From positions 32,302 to 96,301 of the forward strand of contig JBBQLG010000004.1 in the NCBI GenBank assembly GCA_038327655.1: a stretch of DNA of 64,000 nucleotides, in the 5' to 3' direction. Shown piece by piece: positions 18,494-27,913 of this stretch. Both the position numbers and the translations under genes were made by a program. Positions within the stretch are counted from its first letter, which is position 1; every line of letters begins with the position of its first letter. This stretch comes from Cytophagales bacterium. GTDB taxonomy: Bacteria > Bacteroidota > Bacteroidia > Cytophagales > Spirosomataceae. The notes beneath the pieces were generated by a model. It made no database searches. It was not told the origin of the DNA and worked only from the letters and a program-made list of their open reading frames with translations.

Positions 18494-19222
18494 TCAGAAT
18501 AATAATTGAGTGGTTGCGTCCGTCGCGAGGTCCACATAGCGCATCGTACCGGCGTGTTTCGTCTGCGCTACCTGCGTGATACTGACCGTACGTACGCCCT
18601 CCTGCGGCCGGTTCATCACCAGGTCACGGCCGGGACTGCCGTTGCCCGCCGTCCGGTGAAACGTGAACAGGCTGTCGGGCGTATAGTGGTTGTGGTTCGC
18701 CTGCAAAAACTGGGTAAACCAGATTTTGCGCAAGGCAATCGTACCAGCGTCGTAGAGGGTGTATGACGACCAGATGTGCGGGTTGCGGAGGGACAGTTCA
18801 CGCACCCATACCTGCTGTCCCGTCCAGCGAATCTCGAACAGGTCATGCGCCCGGCCATTGGTACCGGCCCCGGCAATGACCAGTGTAAACGGCTGAATGC
18901 CCCCGAAGTCGTACCGGTCCGCAAACTGATAGGGATTTTCGTAGCCAAAAACGTCCAGCACGACTAATCCACGGCTTTTTCGGGGTGTGGTGGTCCGGGA
19001 TGGCGGGTCGGTCGGAAAGGCACCGTTGAGCAGGCAAACGAGGTGTGTTGATGAAGCAGCCAGCCAAGTACCGCCCCCCTGCGGGTCTTTTGGGAAGGTG
19101 AGTAGCTGCCCGTTTATGTCGTACGCCTGCGGGGGAATGGCTAACGGTCGGCTTAGGTGTTCGTCACGATTGGCAGTCAGTAAATAACCATCGGCAATGG
19201 GCAGCAGCGTTACAACGCACAT
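18494..19222 (-). CDS. NRDE family protein (DUF833/TANGO2-like)
   Basis: Begins MC (N-terminal Cys) and contains the literal NRDE motif (LLTANRDEHLSRP). 242 aa. Confidence 0.7.
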   Translation of the reverse strand: MCVVTLLPIADGYLLTANRDEHLSRPLAIPPQAYDINGQLLTFPKDPQGGGTWLAASSTHLVCLLNGAFPTDPPSRTTTPRKSRGLVVLDVFGYENPYQFADRYDFGGIQPFTLVIAGAGTNGRAHDLFEIRWTGQQVWVRELSLRNPHIWSSYTLYDAGTIALRKIWFTQFLQANHNHYTPDSLFTFHRTAGNGSPGRDLVMNRPQEGVRTVSITQVAQTKHAGTMRYVDLATDATTQLLF

Positions 19223-19225
19223 GGG

Positions 19226-19516
19226 TTATCGTTTAGGCGGAAATTTCTTGTAAATGTCTTTCCGGTTCAGGATGCGGGATAAGACAAGTGTATCTCCTTC
19301 CAGATAAAAGCCTATTCGGAAATCATTATGTCTGTTCAGTTTCAGACGGAATGCCTTTACCCTCTTACTGCCCTCCATTTTTTTAACCTCGTAACCAATG
19401 TCGTCTAACGACTGAGCGGTTTCAACGGCTTCATAAATAGCCTTCAGTTCATCCAAGAGAGACGCCGGCAATTTTTTAGCATCCCGCCCAAACGAAGTAT
19501 CAATTTCGATTTTCAT
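19226..19516 (-). CDS. type II toxin-antitoxin system RelE/ParE family toxin
   Basis: 96 aa matching the RelE/ParE pattern (FGRDAKKLP...FRLKLNRHNDFRIGFYLEGDTLVLSRILNRKDIYKKF). Local GC is much lower than flanks. Confidence 0.7.
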   Translation of the reverse strand: MKIEIDTSFGRDAKKLPASLLDELKAIYEAVETAQSLDDIGYEVKKMEGSKRVKAFRLKLNRHNDFRIGFYLEGDTLVLSRILNRKDIYKKFPPKR

Positions 19517-19653
19517 GCGGGCAAGTTACTCGTATGGAGAGGGGTTGTCAACGTCGCCCCTCTTTCGTTACATGTAACCATTTTAGCAGCTACCGGTGTG
19601 GGAAATCGACATAATAGGTGTGATATGAAATCAGTATGAATCTTACTCTTCAT
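19513..19653 (-). CDS. small ORF (46 aa) overlapping the RelE start by ATGA; candidate antitoxin or spurious
   Basis: Manual translation gives MKSKIHTDFISHLLCRFPTPVAAKMVTCNERGATLTTPLHTSNLPA. Its stop TGA overlaps the toxin ATG (coupled arrangement typical of TA pairs). No recognisable antitoxin fold. Confidence 0.2.
   Translation of the reverse strand: MKSKIHTDFISHLLCRFPTPVAAKMVTCNERGATLTTPLHTSNLPA
19567..19578. promoter_or_regulatory. perfect 12-bp palindrome GTTACATGTAAC upstream of the RelE toxin (candidate autoregulatory operator)
   Basis: Seen directly in the sequence, inside the 150-bp gap between the 70-aa ORF and relE. Confidence 0.3.
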
Positions 19654-19666
19654 GAGCAGAGAACAA

Positions 19667-19879
19667 TTACCGATTCAGTAACCAGGTTTTAAAATCAGCC
19701 CGCTCACTTTCGTCTAATCGACCCTCTTTCTTTCCGGCTTCCATTAGTTTCAGCAAACCTTTTTCTTCTTCCTCTTCTGTCAGGTACTGTTCATCAACAC
19801 GCACAGTAGCTCTGGTAGCTTTGGCGGCTTCCATAAATAACTTTTTGTACTGTTTGTCCACGTCTATGACTAAGCGCAT
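19667..19879 (-). CDS. small acidic protein, possible antitoxin partner
   Basis: 70 aa with a Glu-rich helix (LTEEEEEKGLLKLMEAGKK). Encoded upstream of the toxin in the same orientation but separated by 150 bp. Confidence 0.35.
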   Translation of the reverse strand: MRLVIDVDKQYKKLFMEAAKATRATVRVDEQYLTEEEEEKGLLKLMEAGKKEGRLDESERADFKTWLLNR

Positions 19880-19914
19880 ACGTCGTTCCGTTTTTGACCA
19901 AATGTACTAAAAAC

Positions 19915-21294
19915 TTATAGCAACACGCCCTGAAACACCTCATCTAACCGCGAAACGGGGCGGATGCTAATGCCGAAACTTTTTATATCTAACCCTTTCA
20001 GGTTGTATTTCGACACGAATATCTGCTTGAAACCCAGCTTTTCGGCTTCGGCGATGCGCGAGTCAATCCGGCTCACGGCGCGAACTTCGCCCCCCAGCCC
20101 GACCTCGGCGGCAAACGCGGCCGACGGCGGAATTGGTACATCCTCGTAACTCGACACAATGGCAGCACAAACGGCTAAGTCAATGGCGGGGTCTTCGACT
20201 TTCAGCCCACCAGCTACGTTCAGAAACACGTCCTGCTGACCCAGCCGGAACCCACCGCGCTTTTCCAGCACGGCCAGCAGCATCTGCAGCCGTTTGGCGT
20301 CGAAACCGGTGCTGCTCCGCTGGGGAGTGCCGTAATTCGCGACACTCACCAACGCCTGAATTTCGATCAGCAGCGGCCGGTTCCCTTCCAGCATGGAGCC
20401 GATGGCAATGCCGCTCAGGGCATCGTCGCGCTGCGAAATCAGGATTTCGGATGGGTTTGTCACCTGCCGTAAGCCCGTGCCCAGCATCTCGTAAATACCC
20501 AGTTCGGAGGTGCTGCCAAACCGGTTTTTGTTGGTACGGAGCAGCCTATACGTGGTATGCCGGTCGCCCTCGAAGGTCAGCACGGTATCTACCATGTGTT
20601 CGAGCACTTTTGGCCCGGCCAGCGATCCGTCTTTGGTAATGTGGCCGATCATGAACACCGGCGTCCCCGATTCTTTGGCAAACTTCATGAGTTCGGCCGC
20701 GCATTCGCGCACCTGCGACACGCTGCCCGCCCCCGACTCGATCAGCGACGACTGCATGGTTTGGATGGAGTCGATGATGAGAATCTGCGGCTGCGTATTT
20801 TCGATCTGCCGGAAAATGCCCTGCGTCGACGTTTCGGTCAGAATCAGGCAATCGCTCGTGGCGGGGTCCAAGCGTTCGGCCCGCATCTTGATTTGTTGCT
20901 CACTTTCCTCACCCGATACGTACAGTACCCGCATTCCCCGCAAACCCAGGGCGATTTGCAGCATCAGCGTCGATTTGCCGATGCCCGGTTCCCCGCCAAT
21001 TAACACCAGCGAACCCGGCACAATGCCTCCGCCCAACACCCGGTTCAGTTCGCCATCGGTGGTCAGGATGCGAGGCTGCTCTTCGTAATTAATATCGGCG
21101 ATGGCTTTCGGACGTGGCGCGGTTTTTGGTCCGGGTGCGGTAGTGGCCCGCCAGCCGCCAGCCGCCGGTTCATCCTTCTGGATAACTTCTTCGACGAAGG
21201 TATTCCACTCGCCACACGATGGGCAGCGGCCGAGCCATTTGGGTGCCTGCTGCCCGCAATTCTGGCAGAAGTAGGAGGTTTTGATTTTAGCCAT
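19915..21294 (-). CDS. radA: DNA repair protein RadA/Sms
   Basis: N-terminal C4 zinc finger (YFCQNCGQQAPKWLGRCPSCGEWNTF), RecA-like Walker A (GGEPGIGKST), KNRFG motif and Lon-like C-terminal domain. Confidence 0.95.
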   Translation of the reverse strand: MAKIKTSYFCQNCGQQAPKWLGRCPSCGEWNTFVEEVIQKDEPAAGGWRATTAPGPKTAPRPKAIADINYEEQPRILTTDGELNRVLGGGIVPGSLVLIGGEPGIGKSTLMLQIALGLRGMRVLYVSGEESEQQIKMRAERLDPATSDCLILTETSTQGIFRQIENTQPQILIIDSIQTMQSSLIESGAGSVSQVRECAAELMKFAKESGTPVFMIGHITKDGSLAGPKVLEHMVDTVLTFEGDRHTTYRLLRTNKNRFGSTSELGIYEMLGTGLRQVTNPSEILISQRDDALSGIAIGSMLEGNRPLLIEIQALVSVANYGTPQRSSTGFDAKRLQMLLAVLEKRGGFRLGQQDVFLNVAGGLKVEDPAIDLAVCAAIVSSYEDVPIPPSAAFAAEVGLGGEVRAVSRIDSRIAEAEKLGFKQIFVSKYNLKGLDIKSFGISIRPVSRLDEVFQGVLL

Positions 21295-21526
21295 TTTTCA
21301 GGGATTGGCGGTCGGATATTGGTGCGCTCGTATGCTTAACGGAACAGTAGATTAAACCCGCACGCTGAAATATAATCCAACGGAGACAACCGGACGGTTT
21401 ACCCACTGCACACGGATTCCTGACCACGGAAATAACGCCGTTTGGTCGGAATTAGTTGAGGCTAAATACCGCCGACCGGGGCCTATCGTTACGCATACAG
21501 TCTTTACACAAAACAACTAAACAACC

Positions 21527-22222
21527 ATGAAAAAAGCCCTTCTCTTCGTCGCAATGGCTATTCTACCCGCCGTTTCCTTCGCTCAGTTCAGTTTCGGCGT
21601 TAAAGGTGGTGTCAACCTCTCAAAACTGACCTTCGGCGATTTCGTCACCACCCGCCTGAATGCCAACGGTTCACCCGCCGTAGACGTCAATGGACAGACG
21701 TTCCGGGATAATGTCAAACAGAGTTTCGATTCCAGAACGGGTACATCGTTCGGTGCCTACGCCCGCATTGGTGGCAGCCTGTTTATCCAGCCCGAAGTGC
21801 TTTATTCGACCAAAGCCGGTTCGTTCGACATTATCCGTACCGGTACCGATGGTAAAACGACTACGGAGTCGGTGCAGACTAATTTAACCAGTTTCGACGT
21901 ACCGGTGCTGGTCGGCATCAAAGGCGGTCCCATCCGGATTATGGCCGGGCCAATTGTGTCGTTTCGGGTGAATAACAATCAGGGCCTGAACGATGCCCTG
22001 AAACAATACACCACCGGTACACTCAACGATGCCTGGGCGAAGGCTTATTATGGCTATCAGATTGGGGGCGGGCTGGATTTGGGCCGCTTCGGTATCGATG
22101 TCCGGCACGAGGGCAGCCTCTCCGACATCGCATCGGTCGATCTGGGAGCCGCCGGGAGTGTACAGGCGTTCAACCAGAAACTCAGCTCGTGGCAGGTGAC
22201 GCTGGCGATGCGGATATTTTAA
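21527..22222 (+). CDS. outer-membrane beta-barrel protein (porin-family/OmpA-like barrel)
   Basis: 231 aa with signal peptide ending AQF, alternating amphipathic beta strands and terminal aromatic (F). Typical Bacteroidota OM beta-barrel domain protein. Confidence 0.7.
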   Translation: MKKALLFVAMAILPAVSFAQFSFGVKGGVNLSKLTFGDFVTTRLNANGSPAVDVNGQTFRDNVKQSFDSRTGTSFGAYARIGGSLFIQPEVLYSTKAGSFDIIRTGTDGKTTTESVQTNLTSFDVPVLVGIKGGPIRIMAGPIVSFRVNNNQGLNDALKQYTTGTLNDAWAKAYYGYQIGGGLDLGRFGIDVRHEGSLSDIASVDLGAAGSVQAFNQKLSSWQVTLAMRIF

Positions 22223-22230
22223 GTAGGTTA

Positions 22231-22304
22231 ACCCCCTTCCCCTAAAGGGGTGTACGACTTAGCTACCGGTAGCCAAGTCGTACACCCCTTTAGGGGAAGG
22301 GGGT
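22231..22304. terminator. 30-bp perfect hairpin with palindromic 14-nt loop (nested palindromes CCCCTAAAGGGG and GCTACCGGTAGC)
   Basis: ACCCCCTTCCCCTAAAGGGGTGTACGACTT-agctaccggtagcc-AAGTCGTACACCCCTTTAGGGGAAGGGGGT. Lies between convergent genes. Confidence 0.7.
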
Positions 22305-22322
22305 ATTAGTCCACAAAAAACA

Positions 22323-22356
22323 AACCGTTGCCATCCAAGAGATCGTGGCAACGGTT
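22323..22356. terminator. second hairpin (11-bp perfect arms) in tandem
   Basis: AACCGTTGCCA-tccaagagatcg-TGGCAACGGTT, immediately 3-prime of the minus-strand LytTR gene. Confidence 0.55.
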
Positions 22357-22400
22357 GTTCTATCAATTAACCCACTAAATGAATGGTGTGCCGGTTGGCC

Positions 22401-22871
22401 TTAGCTGAGCAGATTCTGCTGGTAACGGTTGAGCCGGGTAGTGATTTCTTTCAGACGTCGGCGCGAGATGGTGACGACCCGGCCGTCGGCTAAGCGGATA
22501 ATGCGCTCTTTGCTGAATACGCTGTGCTGCACGTAGCCGAGGTTGATAATATACGATTTGTGTACCCGCAGAAACATGCTCTCGTCGAGCGATTTTTCAA
22601 ATTCTTTCAACGTCTTCGACACTAAATACCGTTTCCGGTCACGGGTGTAGAGGAATGTATAATTCCCTTCGCCCTGCAGGCAGATCACGTCATCGACGGC
22701 AACCATGATGGTACGGTTCAGGTACGGCAGTGACAAACGGTGCTGACCACGCTGGTAGGCAGCCGGATACGAGGGCGCGATGGACTGAATTGGCGAATTA
22801 ATGAAGTTGGTAGCTTCCATGGGTATGGGTGGTTTAGTGTGCTTCAGGAACAATACAAAGCTACCAGCCAC
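22401..22871 (-). CDS. stand-alone LytTR-domain DNA-binding protein
   Basis: LytTR motifs: IMVAVDDVICLQGEGNYTFLYTRDRKRYLVSKTLKEFEKSL and FLRVHKSYIINLGYV. No receiver domain. Confidence 0.75.
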   Translation of the reverse strand: MAGSFVLFLKHTKPPIPMEATNFINSPIQSIAPSYPAAYQRGQHRLSLPYLNRTIMVAVDDVICLQGEGNYTFLYTRDRKRYLVSKTLKEFEKSLDESMFLRVHKSYIINLGYVQHSVFSKERIIRLADGRVVTISRRRLKEITTRLNRYQQNLLS

Positions 22872-23064
22872 GCCTTACCCCATAAAAAAGCCGTCTGACC
22901 AACAAGTGCGTCGCTAATGCTAACACTTTGTTAATCAGACGGTTATTTGATAGTCAGAGAAAAACTTCGAGTACATTCACTCGAAAAACAAGTAGAACTA
23001 CGCAGTAACTTTCACAGACTTCCTACGTCGAAGCCCTTCCGAAACGCACGTAGCTACCGCGTAA

Positions 23065-23496
23065 TTAACTCACGATGGCCGGTTGATACTCGCGAATGCG
23101 GTCGATGAACATCTGCGCCCGCCGACGCGAAATCTTGATCTGCTGTCCGTCAGCCAGTTCCAGTTCGCCCTCCTTCTTAACGTAGAATTTACGAACGAAC
23201 TCCAGGTTGACAATGCACGATTTGTGTACCCGCACGAAAGCCTGTCCATCCAGCAATGTTTCGTACTCTTTCAGTGTCCGCGATACCAGCATCTTCGTGC
23301 CGTCCTTCAGGAAAAAATTGGTGTAGTTACCCGATCCTTCGAGCCGCACGATTTCGTCGACGGATACGGTGCGCTTACGGTCATAGAAGGGAATGAGTAA
23401 TTTTTGCAGGCAAGAGGAAGGGGAAGGTTTTTCCACACTTTTGGGGAAAGGCATGGACATTGTGTCGAAGATGGAATCGGCTGGTATCGTGTTCAT
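23065..23496 (-). CDS. stand-alone LytTR-domain DNA-binding protein (paralogue of the previous gene)
   Basis: VSVDEIVRLEGSGNYTNFFLKDGTKMLVSRTLKEYETLL and FVRVHKSCIVNLEFV. Same architecture as its neighbour, arranged in tandem. Confidence 0.75.
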   Translation of the reverse strand: MNTIPADSIFDTMSMPFPKSVEKPSPSSCLQKLLIPFYDRKRTVSVDEIVRLEGSGNYTNFFLKDGTKMLVSRTLKEYETLLDGQAFVRVHKSCIVNLEFVRKFYVKKEGELELADGQQIKISRRRAQMFIDRIREYQPAIVS

Positions 23497-23722
23497 GACA
23501 ACTTGAGTAAGGTTGATAGTGTAAGTTTACGTTTGATAGTCAGCACATTACAGCTCATTTGCTGCGTAGCTTTCAGTGGCATGCCGGGTGAGTCACCGAT
23601 GAGGTGTTTACAACAATCAGTCCCTAAACGGCAGGGCTACCGATTACATGATGGTTTCCTGGGCGCTCACCGAAATGAGCACCCAAAATGCCTGCTGCCG
23701 GGCGTATTGCTTTACTTTTGGC

Positions 23723-23730
23723 TATCTTTG
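23723..23730 (+). promoter_or_regulatory. candidate Bacteroidota sigma-A -7 element (TATCTTTG, consensus TAnnTTTG) upstream of pheS
   Basis: Motif lies 32 nt upstream of the pheS ATG with a TTG 14-16 nt further upstream. Pattern match only. Confidence 0.25.
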
Positions 23731-23761
23731 TAGTGCCTATTTTAGTAATTACCACTCGATT

Positions 23762-24817
23762 ATGCTGGATCAGGTTAACGACATACATCAGGAAATTGAC
23801 CGGTTCACGGTTACCGATAAAGAGCAGTTAGAACAGTTCCGGCTGCGGTTTATCAGCCGCAAAGGCTTGGTTACCGAACTCTTTGACCAGCTCAAAACTG
23901 TTGCCCCCGACGAACGCCGGGCTGTAGGGCAGCAACTGAATACGATTAAAAACTTCGCGCAGGAGCGGTTTCAGGCCTTCACGCAGCAGTTGGAAGAGCA
24001 ATCTTCTGTAAATAACACCCCGGCCATCGACCTCACGCTGCCGGGCATTCCGTACCAGACCGGGGCCATTCATCCCCTCTCGGCGGTGCGGCAGCGCATT
24101 ATTCAGATTTTCGAACGCATCGGCTTCAATGTGGCCGACGGTCCTGAGATCGAATCGGACTGGTATAACTTCGGTGCCCTGAATTTTCCCGACAATCACC
24201 CCGCCCGCGAAATGCAGGACACGTTTTTTGTCGAGAAAAAGGGCGTCGGCGAGGCTCCGACAGACATGCTGCTGCGGACGCATACCTCCAACGTCCAGAT
24301 CCGACTGATGGAACACAGCCATCAAGGGTCGGCGGGTCGGCCGCTGCGTTCCATTATGCCGGGGCGGGTATATCGGAACGAGGCCATTTCGGCGCGGGCG
24401 CACTGTCTGTTCCACCAGGTCGAAGGCATTTACATCGACCGGAACGTAGGGTTTAAAGACCTGAAAGACACGCTGTATCATTTCGTGAAGGAGATGTTCG
24501 ACGAGGGGACGCGCATCCGGTTCCGGCCGTCGTACTTTCCGTTTACCGAACCGAGTGCCGAGATCGACATTTCGTGCCAGATCTGCCACGGGTCGGGCTG
24601 TAACGTCTGCAAACACACGGGCTGGGTCGAGATTGCCGGTTCGGGTATGGTCGATCCTAACGTACTGACGAACTGTGGCATCGACGCCGACGAATTTACC
24701 GGCTTCGCCTTCGGGATGGGCATCGAACGCATCACCATGCTGAAATACCAGGTAAAAGACCTGCGGCTTTTCACCGAAAACGACGTCCGCTTTCTGCGGC
24801 AGTTCGAGGGTGCGTAA
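23762..24817 (+). CDS. pheS: phenylalanine--tRNA ligase alpha subunit
   Basis: Start taken at MLDQVNDIHQE (listed ORF starts 114 nt earlier with non-protein-like sequence). Class II aaRS motifs (FRPSYFPFTEPSAE, GWVEIAGSGMVDP, GFAFGMGIERI). Confidence 0.9.
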   Translation: MLDQVNDIHQEIDRFTVTDKEQLEQFRLRFISRKGLVTELFDQLKTVAPDERRAVGQQLNTIKNFAQERFQAFTQQLEEQSSVNNTPAIDLTLPGIPYQTGAIHPLSAVRQRIIQIFERIGFNVADGPEIESDWYNFGALNFPDNHPAREMQDTFFVEKKGVGEAPTDMLLRTHTSNVQIRLMEHSHQGSAGRPLRSIMPGRVYRNEAISARAHCLFHQVEGIYIDRNVGFKDLKDTLYHFVKEMFDEGTRIRFRPSYFPFTEPSAEIDISCQICHGSGCNVCKHTGWVEIAGSGMVDPNVLTNCGIDADEFTGFAFGMGIERITMLKYQVKDLRLFTENDVRFLRQFEGA

Positions 24818-24909
24818 CCAATAGGGGAATGGGCGATTGAGTGAATTAGCGAATGACAGGTTCGACCCATTCACTCAATCACTCATTTGCCTGTTTACTC
24901 ATTACCAAA

Positions 24910-26121
24910 ATGACCCCAATTTCGCTGGCTGATTTAGCCTATACCCTTGAATCCGTGATCGACACGGCCTTCGGTGGCAAAGCCGTCTGGGTCGTGGCCG
25001 AAACGAGCGACATCAAAAATTACCCCGACCGGCAATACTGCTTTTTAACCTTAGTCGAGCGCGAAGCCGATAACGCGTCGGGAAAGCGGGAAACGGTAGC
25101 GAAGCTGGAAGCAGCCATCTGGCGCAAAAACTACCGCATCATCCGCGAATTTGAGACCGCTACCGGTCAGGCATTTGCCCGTAACATTCAACTCCTGTTG
25201 CAGGTATCGGTAGCGTACAACCCGGTCTATGGTTTGCGGCTGGAAATTCTGCGCATCGACCCGTCCTACACCCTCGGCAACTTAGAAAAAGAACGGCAGG
25301 GGGTGCTGGACCAGCTTGCTGAGAACTACCCCGACCTGATCTGGGTCGAAGACGGGCAGTACATCACGGCCAATCAATTGCTGCCCCGCCCGGCCGTGAT
25401 GCAGCGCCTGGCCCTGATTGCCGCCCCCGGTTCGGACGGATGGCGCGACTTTCGGCACGAACTGACCAACAACGGATTCGGGTATCAGTTCGAGATCGAC
25501 GAGTACCTCACGCAGGTACAGGGGCAGGGAGCCGAGCGGGCTATTGTCGGGCAGTTGACCCGCATTCAGGCCAGCGAACACCCCTACGATGCCGTTGTGA
25601 TTGTGCGCGGGGGTGGCTCCCAACTGGATTTCGGTTCGTTCGACACCGAGATTATGGGCCTGACTGTAGCGGCCTTCCCCCTGCCGATTCTGGCGGGGAT
25701 TGGTCACGAACGCAACGTCAGCATTACCGATCTGATGTGCCACCAAAGCGTGAAAACACCTACTAAAGCAGCCGCTTTCCTGATCGACCATAACCGGCAG
25801 TTTGAGACGAACTGCCTGCGGTTGCAGGATCGCTTAGTATCGGCCGCACGGAACACGCTGCTCGAAGCCCGCGAAGACGTAGACCGCGAAACGGACCGGT
25901 TCCGGTTTATCACCCAAACCTATCTGCGTGACCGCCACACGGAACTGGCCGAATTATCCGTCACGGTGCGGCACTTGGACCCCATCAACGTGCTCCAGCG
26001 TGGTTATGCTTTGCTTAGCCGGAATGGCCGCGTGATGACCCGTGCCAGTCAGCTACTACCCGGCGACGACGTGCTGGCCCAACTCGCCGACGGCACGGTC
26101 TCGTTAACAGTTGGTGGTTAG
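24910..26121 (+). CDS. xseA: exodeoxyribonuclease VII large subunit
   Basis: OB-fold N-terminus (VWVVAETSDIKNYPDRQYCFLTLVE), catalytic region (VVIVRGGGSQLDF, GIGHERNVSITD) and C-terminal coiled coil. Confidence 0.85.
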   Translation: MTPISLADLAYTLESVIDTAFGGKAVWVVAETSDIKNYPDRQYCFLTLVEREADNASGKRETVAKLEAAIWRKNYRIIREFETATGQAFARNIQLLLQVSVAYNPVYGLRLEILRIDPSYTLGNLEKERQGVLDQLAENYPDLIWVEDGQYITANQLLPRPAVMQRLALIAAPGSDGWRDFRHELTNNGFGYQFEIDEYLTQVQGQGAERAIVGQLTRIQASEHPYDAVVIVRGGGSQLDFGSFDTEIMGLTVAAFPLPILAGIGHERNVSITDLMCHQSVKTPTKAAAFLIDHNRQFETNCLRLQDRLVSAARNTLLEAREDVDRETDRFRFITQTYLRDRHTELAELSVTVRHLDPINVLQRGYALLSRNGRVMTRASQLLPGDDVLAQLADGTVSLTVGG

Positions 26122-26207
26122 TACCGGGCCAACGCTTCGGTTCGCCATAAAACACCAACCAAAGCGTCGGCCCGGCACTAACCACCAACCATAAACCACA
26201 AACTACT

Positions 26208-26396
26208 ATGACCTATCAGGATGCTTACGATCAGTTAGTTGCCACCGTTGATGAAATTGAAAATGACCAGGTGCCACTGGACGAATTACCCGCTAAAATC
26301 CGGCTGGCGACCGAGTTGATTGCCTTCTGTCAGGAACGGCTGCGGGCGGTAGAAGCCGACTACCAGACAGCACTCGAACGGATGCCCAAACGCTAA
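26208..26396 (+). CDS. xseB: exodeoxyribonuclease VII small subunit
   Basis: 62 aa (MTYQDAYDQLVATVDEIENDQVPLDEL...). Typical XseB, immediately after xseA. Confidence 0.85.
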   Translation: MTYQDAYDQLVATVDEIENDQVPLDELPAKIRLATELIAFCQERLRAVEADYQTALERMPKR

Positions 26397-26533
26397 GCCG
26401 GTAATTTTGTCGTTAATATGTTTGCCGTATAGTCAAAAGGTTGCCTAATTTTAGGGCTTAGGTAGCCTGCAGCGCAGCCGGTACGGCCCTGTTGCTGGCG
26501 CTCAACACCTCCATTGCTGAAGAATCAAGTATG

Positions 26534-27877
26534 AATTTGTTTGCCCAGTTCGACGAATTACTGAATCCGGAAGTCATAGCCAAAATTGCCGTCTACGTGG
26601 ATGAGCCGGTCGAAAAAACCCGGAAGGCAGTTCAGGGGCTGGTATACACCGTTGTCGGAGGCCTGATAAAGCGCATCACCAGCGAAATTGGCATCAATCA
26701 ACTCGCCCTGCAAATCCAGCGGGGTCGTTACGAAGGGCAGTTGATAGCTCAGTTACCTACACTGTTCCGGGAACCCACCCAGGTAAATGCGACCATCACC
26801 GCCGGTAACGATGCCATCAGTCACCTGCTGCCCGCGCTGAAAAGCTCCATTGCCGGTATGATTACCTCCTACGCAGGCATCCGCAACTCCTCGGCCATTT
26901 CGCTGCTCGGCCTCACTACCGCGCTGGTACTGGATGAACTGGGGCGGCAGATGCGGGAGCGTAAACTGGACCCGGACGGCCTGGCCGCTTCGCTTTTCGA
27001 ACAGCGCGAACCGCTGCTGAACGTGGTACCGGAGACGCTGATGCCCCAGTTAACGGAAAAATTAAGCCTGCAACCCCTTTTCAGTGGCCTCAGTGCTCCC
27101 GCCCGGCGTGGCACCGTTGTGGCCGCGCCAGGCCGTCCGGTGACGGCTCCTGTTGCGGCTCCAACACCCGCTTTCGTTCAGGATACCGACGATACCGACT
27201 CGAATGGATTAATAAAATGGGGGGTTGGTGCCCTGGTGGTAGCCACCCTGGCGGGGGGGTATTTTGTGTGGCAGAATACCCAAAAGCCAACCAATCCAAC
27301 GCAGCAAACCAGCGACATCGAAGCCCTGCCGACCGATAGCATCAATGCTGATACCGTAGCCCGTTCGCTGGCCGTGCCCCAGGATCCCCAGCCTGCTGTT
27401 ACCGTGCCTTCAGCAACTACGGCGGTTACGGCCATTAGCACACCCCTTTCCGGTTCGGCCGTGGCAGATGGTTCACTCGCGTCGAAGCTTACCCTTTACC
27501 TGAACGATCCGGCCACGATCAAAGGGCGGCTGTTTCCGCTGTCCACTGTAAACTTTCAGTACGGTACCATTGTGCTGAACCCTGCCTCCGAAGCGACCAT
27601 CACCGAATTGGTGAATGTGTTAAAAACCCACCCTACCACGCAAATCCGGCTGATCGCTTACGCCAACGATGCCGCTGGCAGCGGACTGACCAACAAAGCC
27701 CTCTCCTTCAAGCGGGTCAACATTCTCAAACAGCAGTTGGTGAGCGCGGGTATCAATTACGTCCGGGTTGATGCAGTAGGTGTTGGTACGGGCGTAACGC
27801 CCCCGAAAGCCAGTGATTCAACCGCCGTTCGGAAGCCACCCATGCGGAAGATTGATATGCGGGTGGTGGTTAAATAA
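26534..27877 (+). CDS. DUF937-like N-terminal domain protein with C-terminal OmpA-family (peptidoglycan-binding) domain
   Basis: Start MNLFAQFDELLNPEVIAKIA, a typical DUF937 opening. Pro/Thr-rich linker with one TM segment. C-terminus LNPASEATITELVNVLKTHPTTQIRLIAYAND...ALSFKRVNILKQQLVSAGI is OmpA-like. Confidence 0.6.
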   Translation, partial: NLFAQFDELLNPEVIAKIAVYVDEPVEKTRKAVQGLVYTVVGGLIKRITSEIGINQLALQIQRGRYEGQLIAQLPTLFREPTQVNATITAGNDAISHLLPALKSSIAGMITSYAGIRNSSAISLLGLTTALVLDELGRQMRERKLDPDGLAASLFEQREPLLNVVPETLMPQLTEKLSLQPLFSGLSAPARRGTVVAAPGRPVTAPVAAPTPAFVQDTDDTDSNGLIKWGVGALVVATLAGGYFVWQNTQKPTNPTQQTSDIEALPTDSINADTVARSLAVPQDPQPAVTVPSATTAVTAISTPLSGSAVADGSLASKLTLYLNDPATIKGRLFPLSTVNFQYGTIVLNPASEATITELVNVLKTHPTTQIRLIAYANDAAGSGLTNKALSFKRVNILKQQLVSAGINYVRVDAVGVGTGVTPPKASDSTAVRKPPMRKIDMRVVVK

Positions 27878-27913
27878 CCGAGGACGTCAGATTAAAACGA
27901 CAACGAAAGGAGC

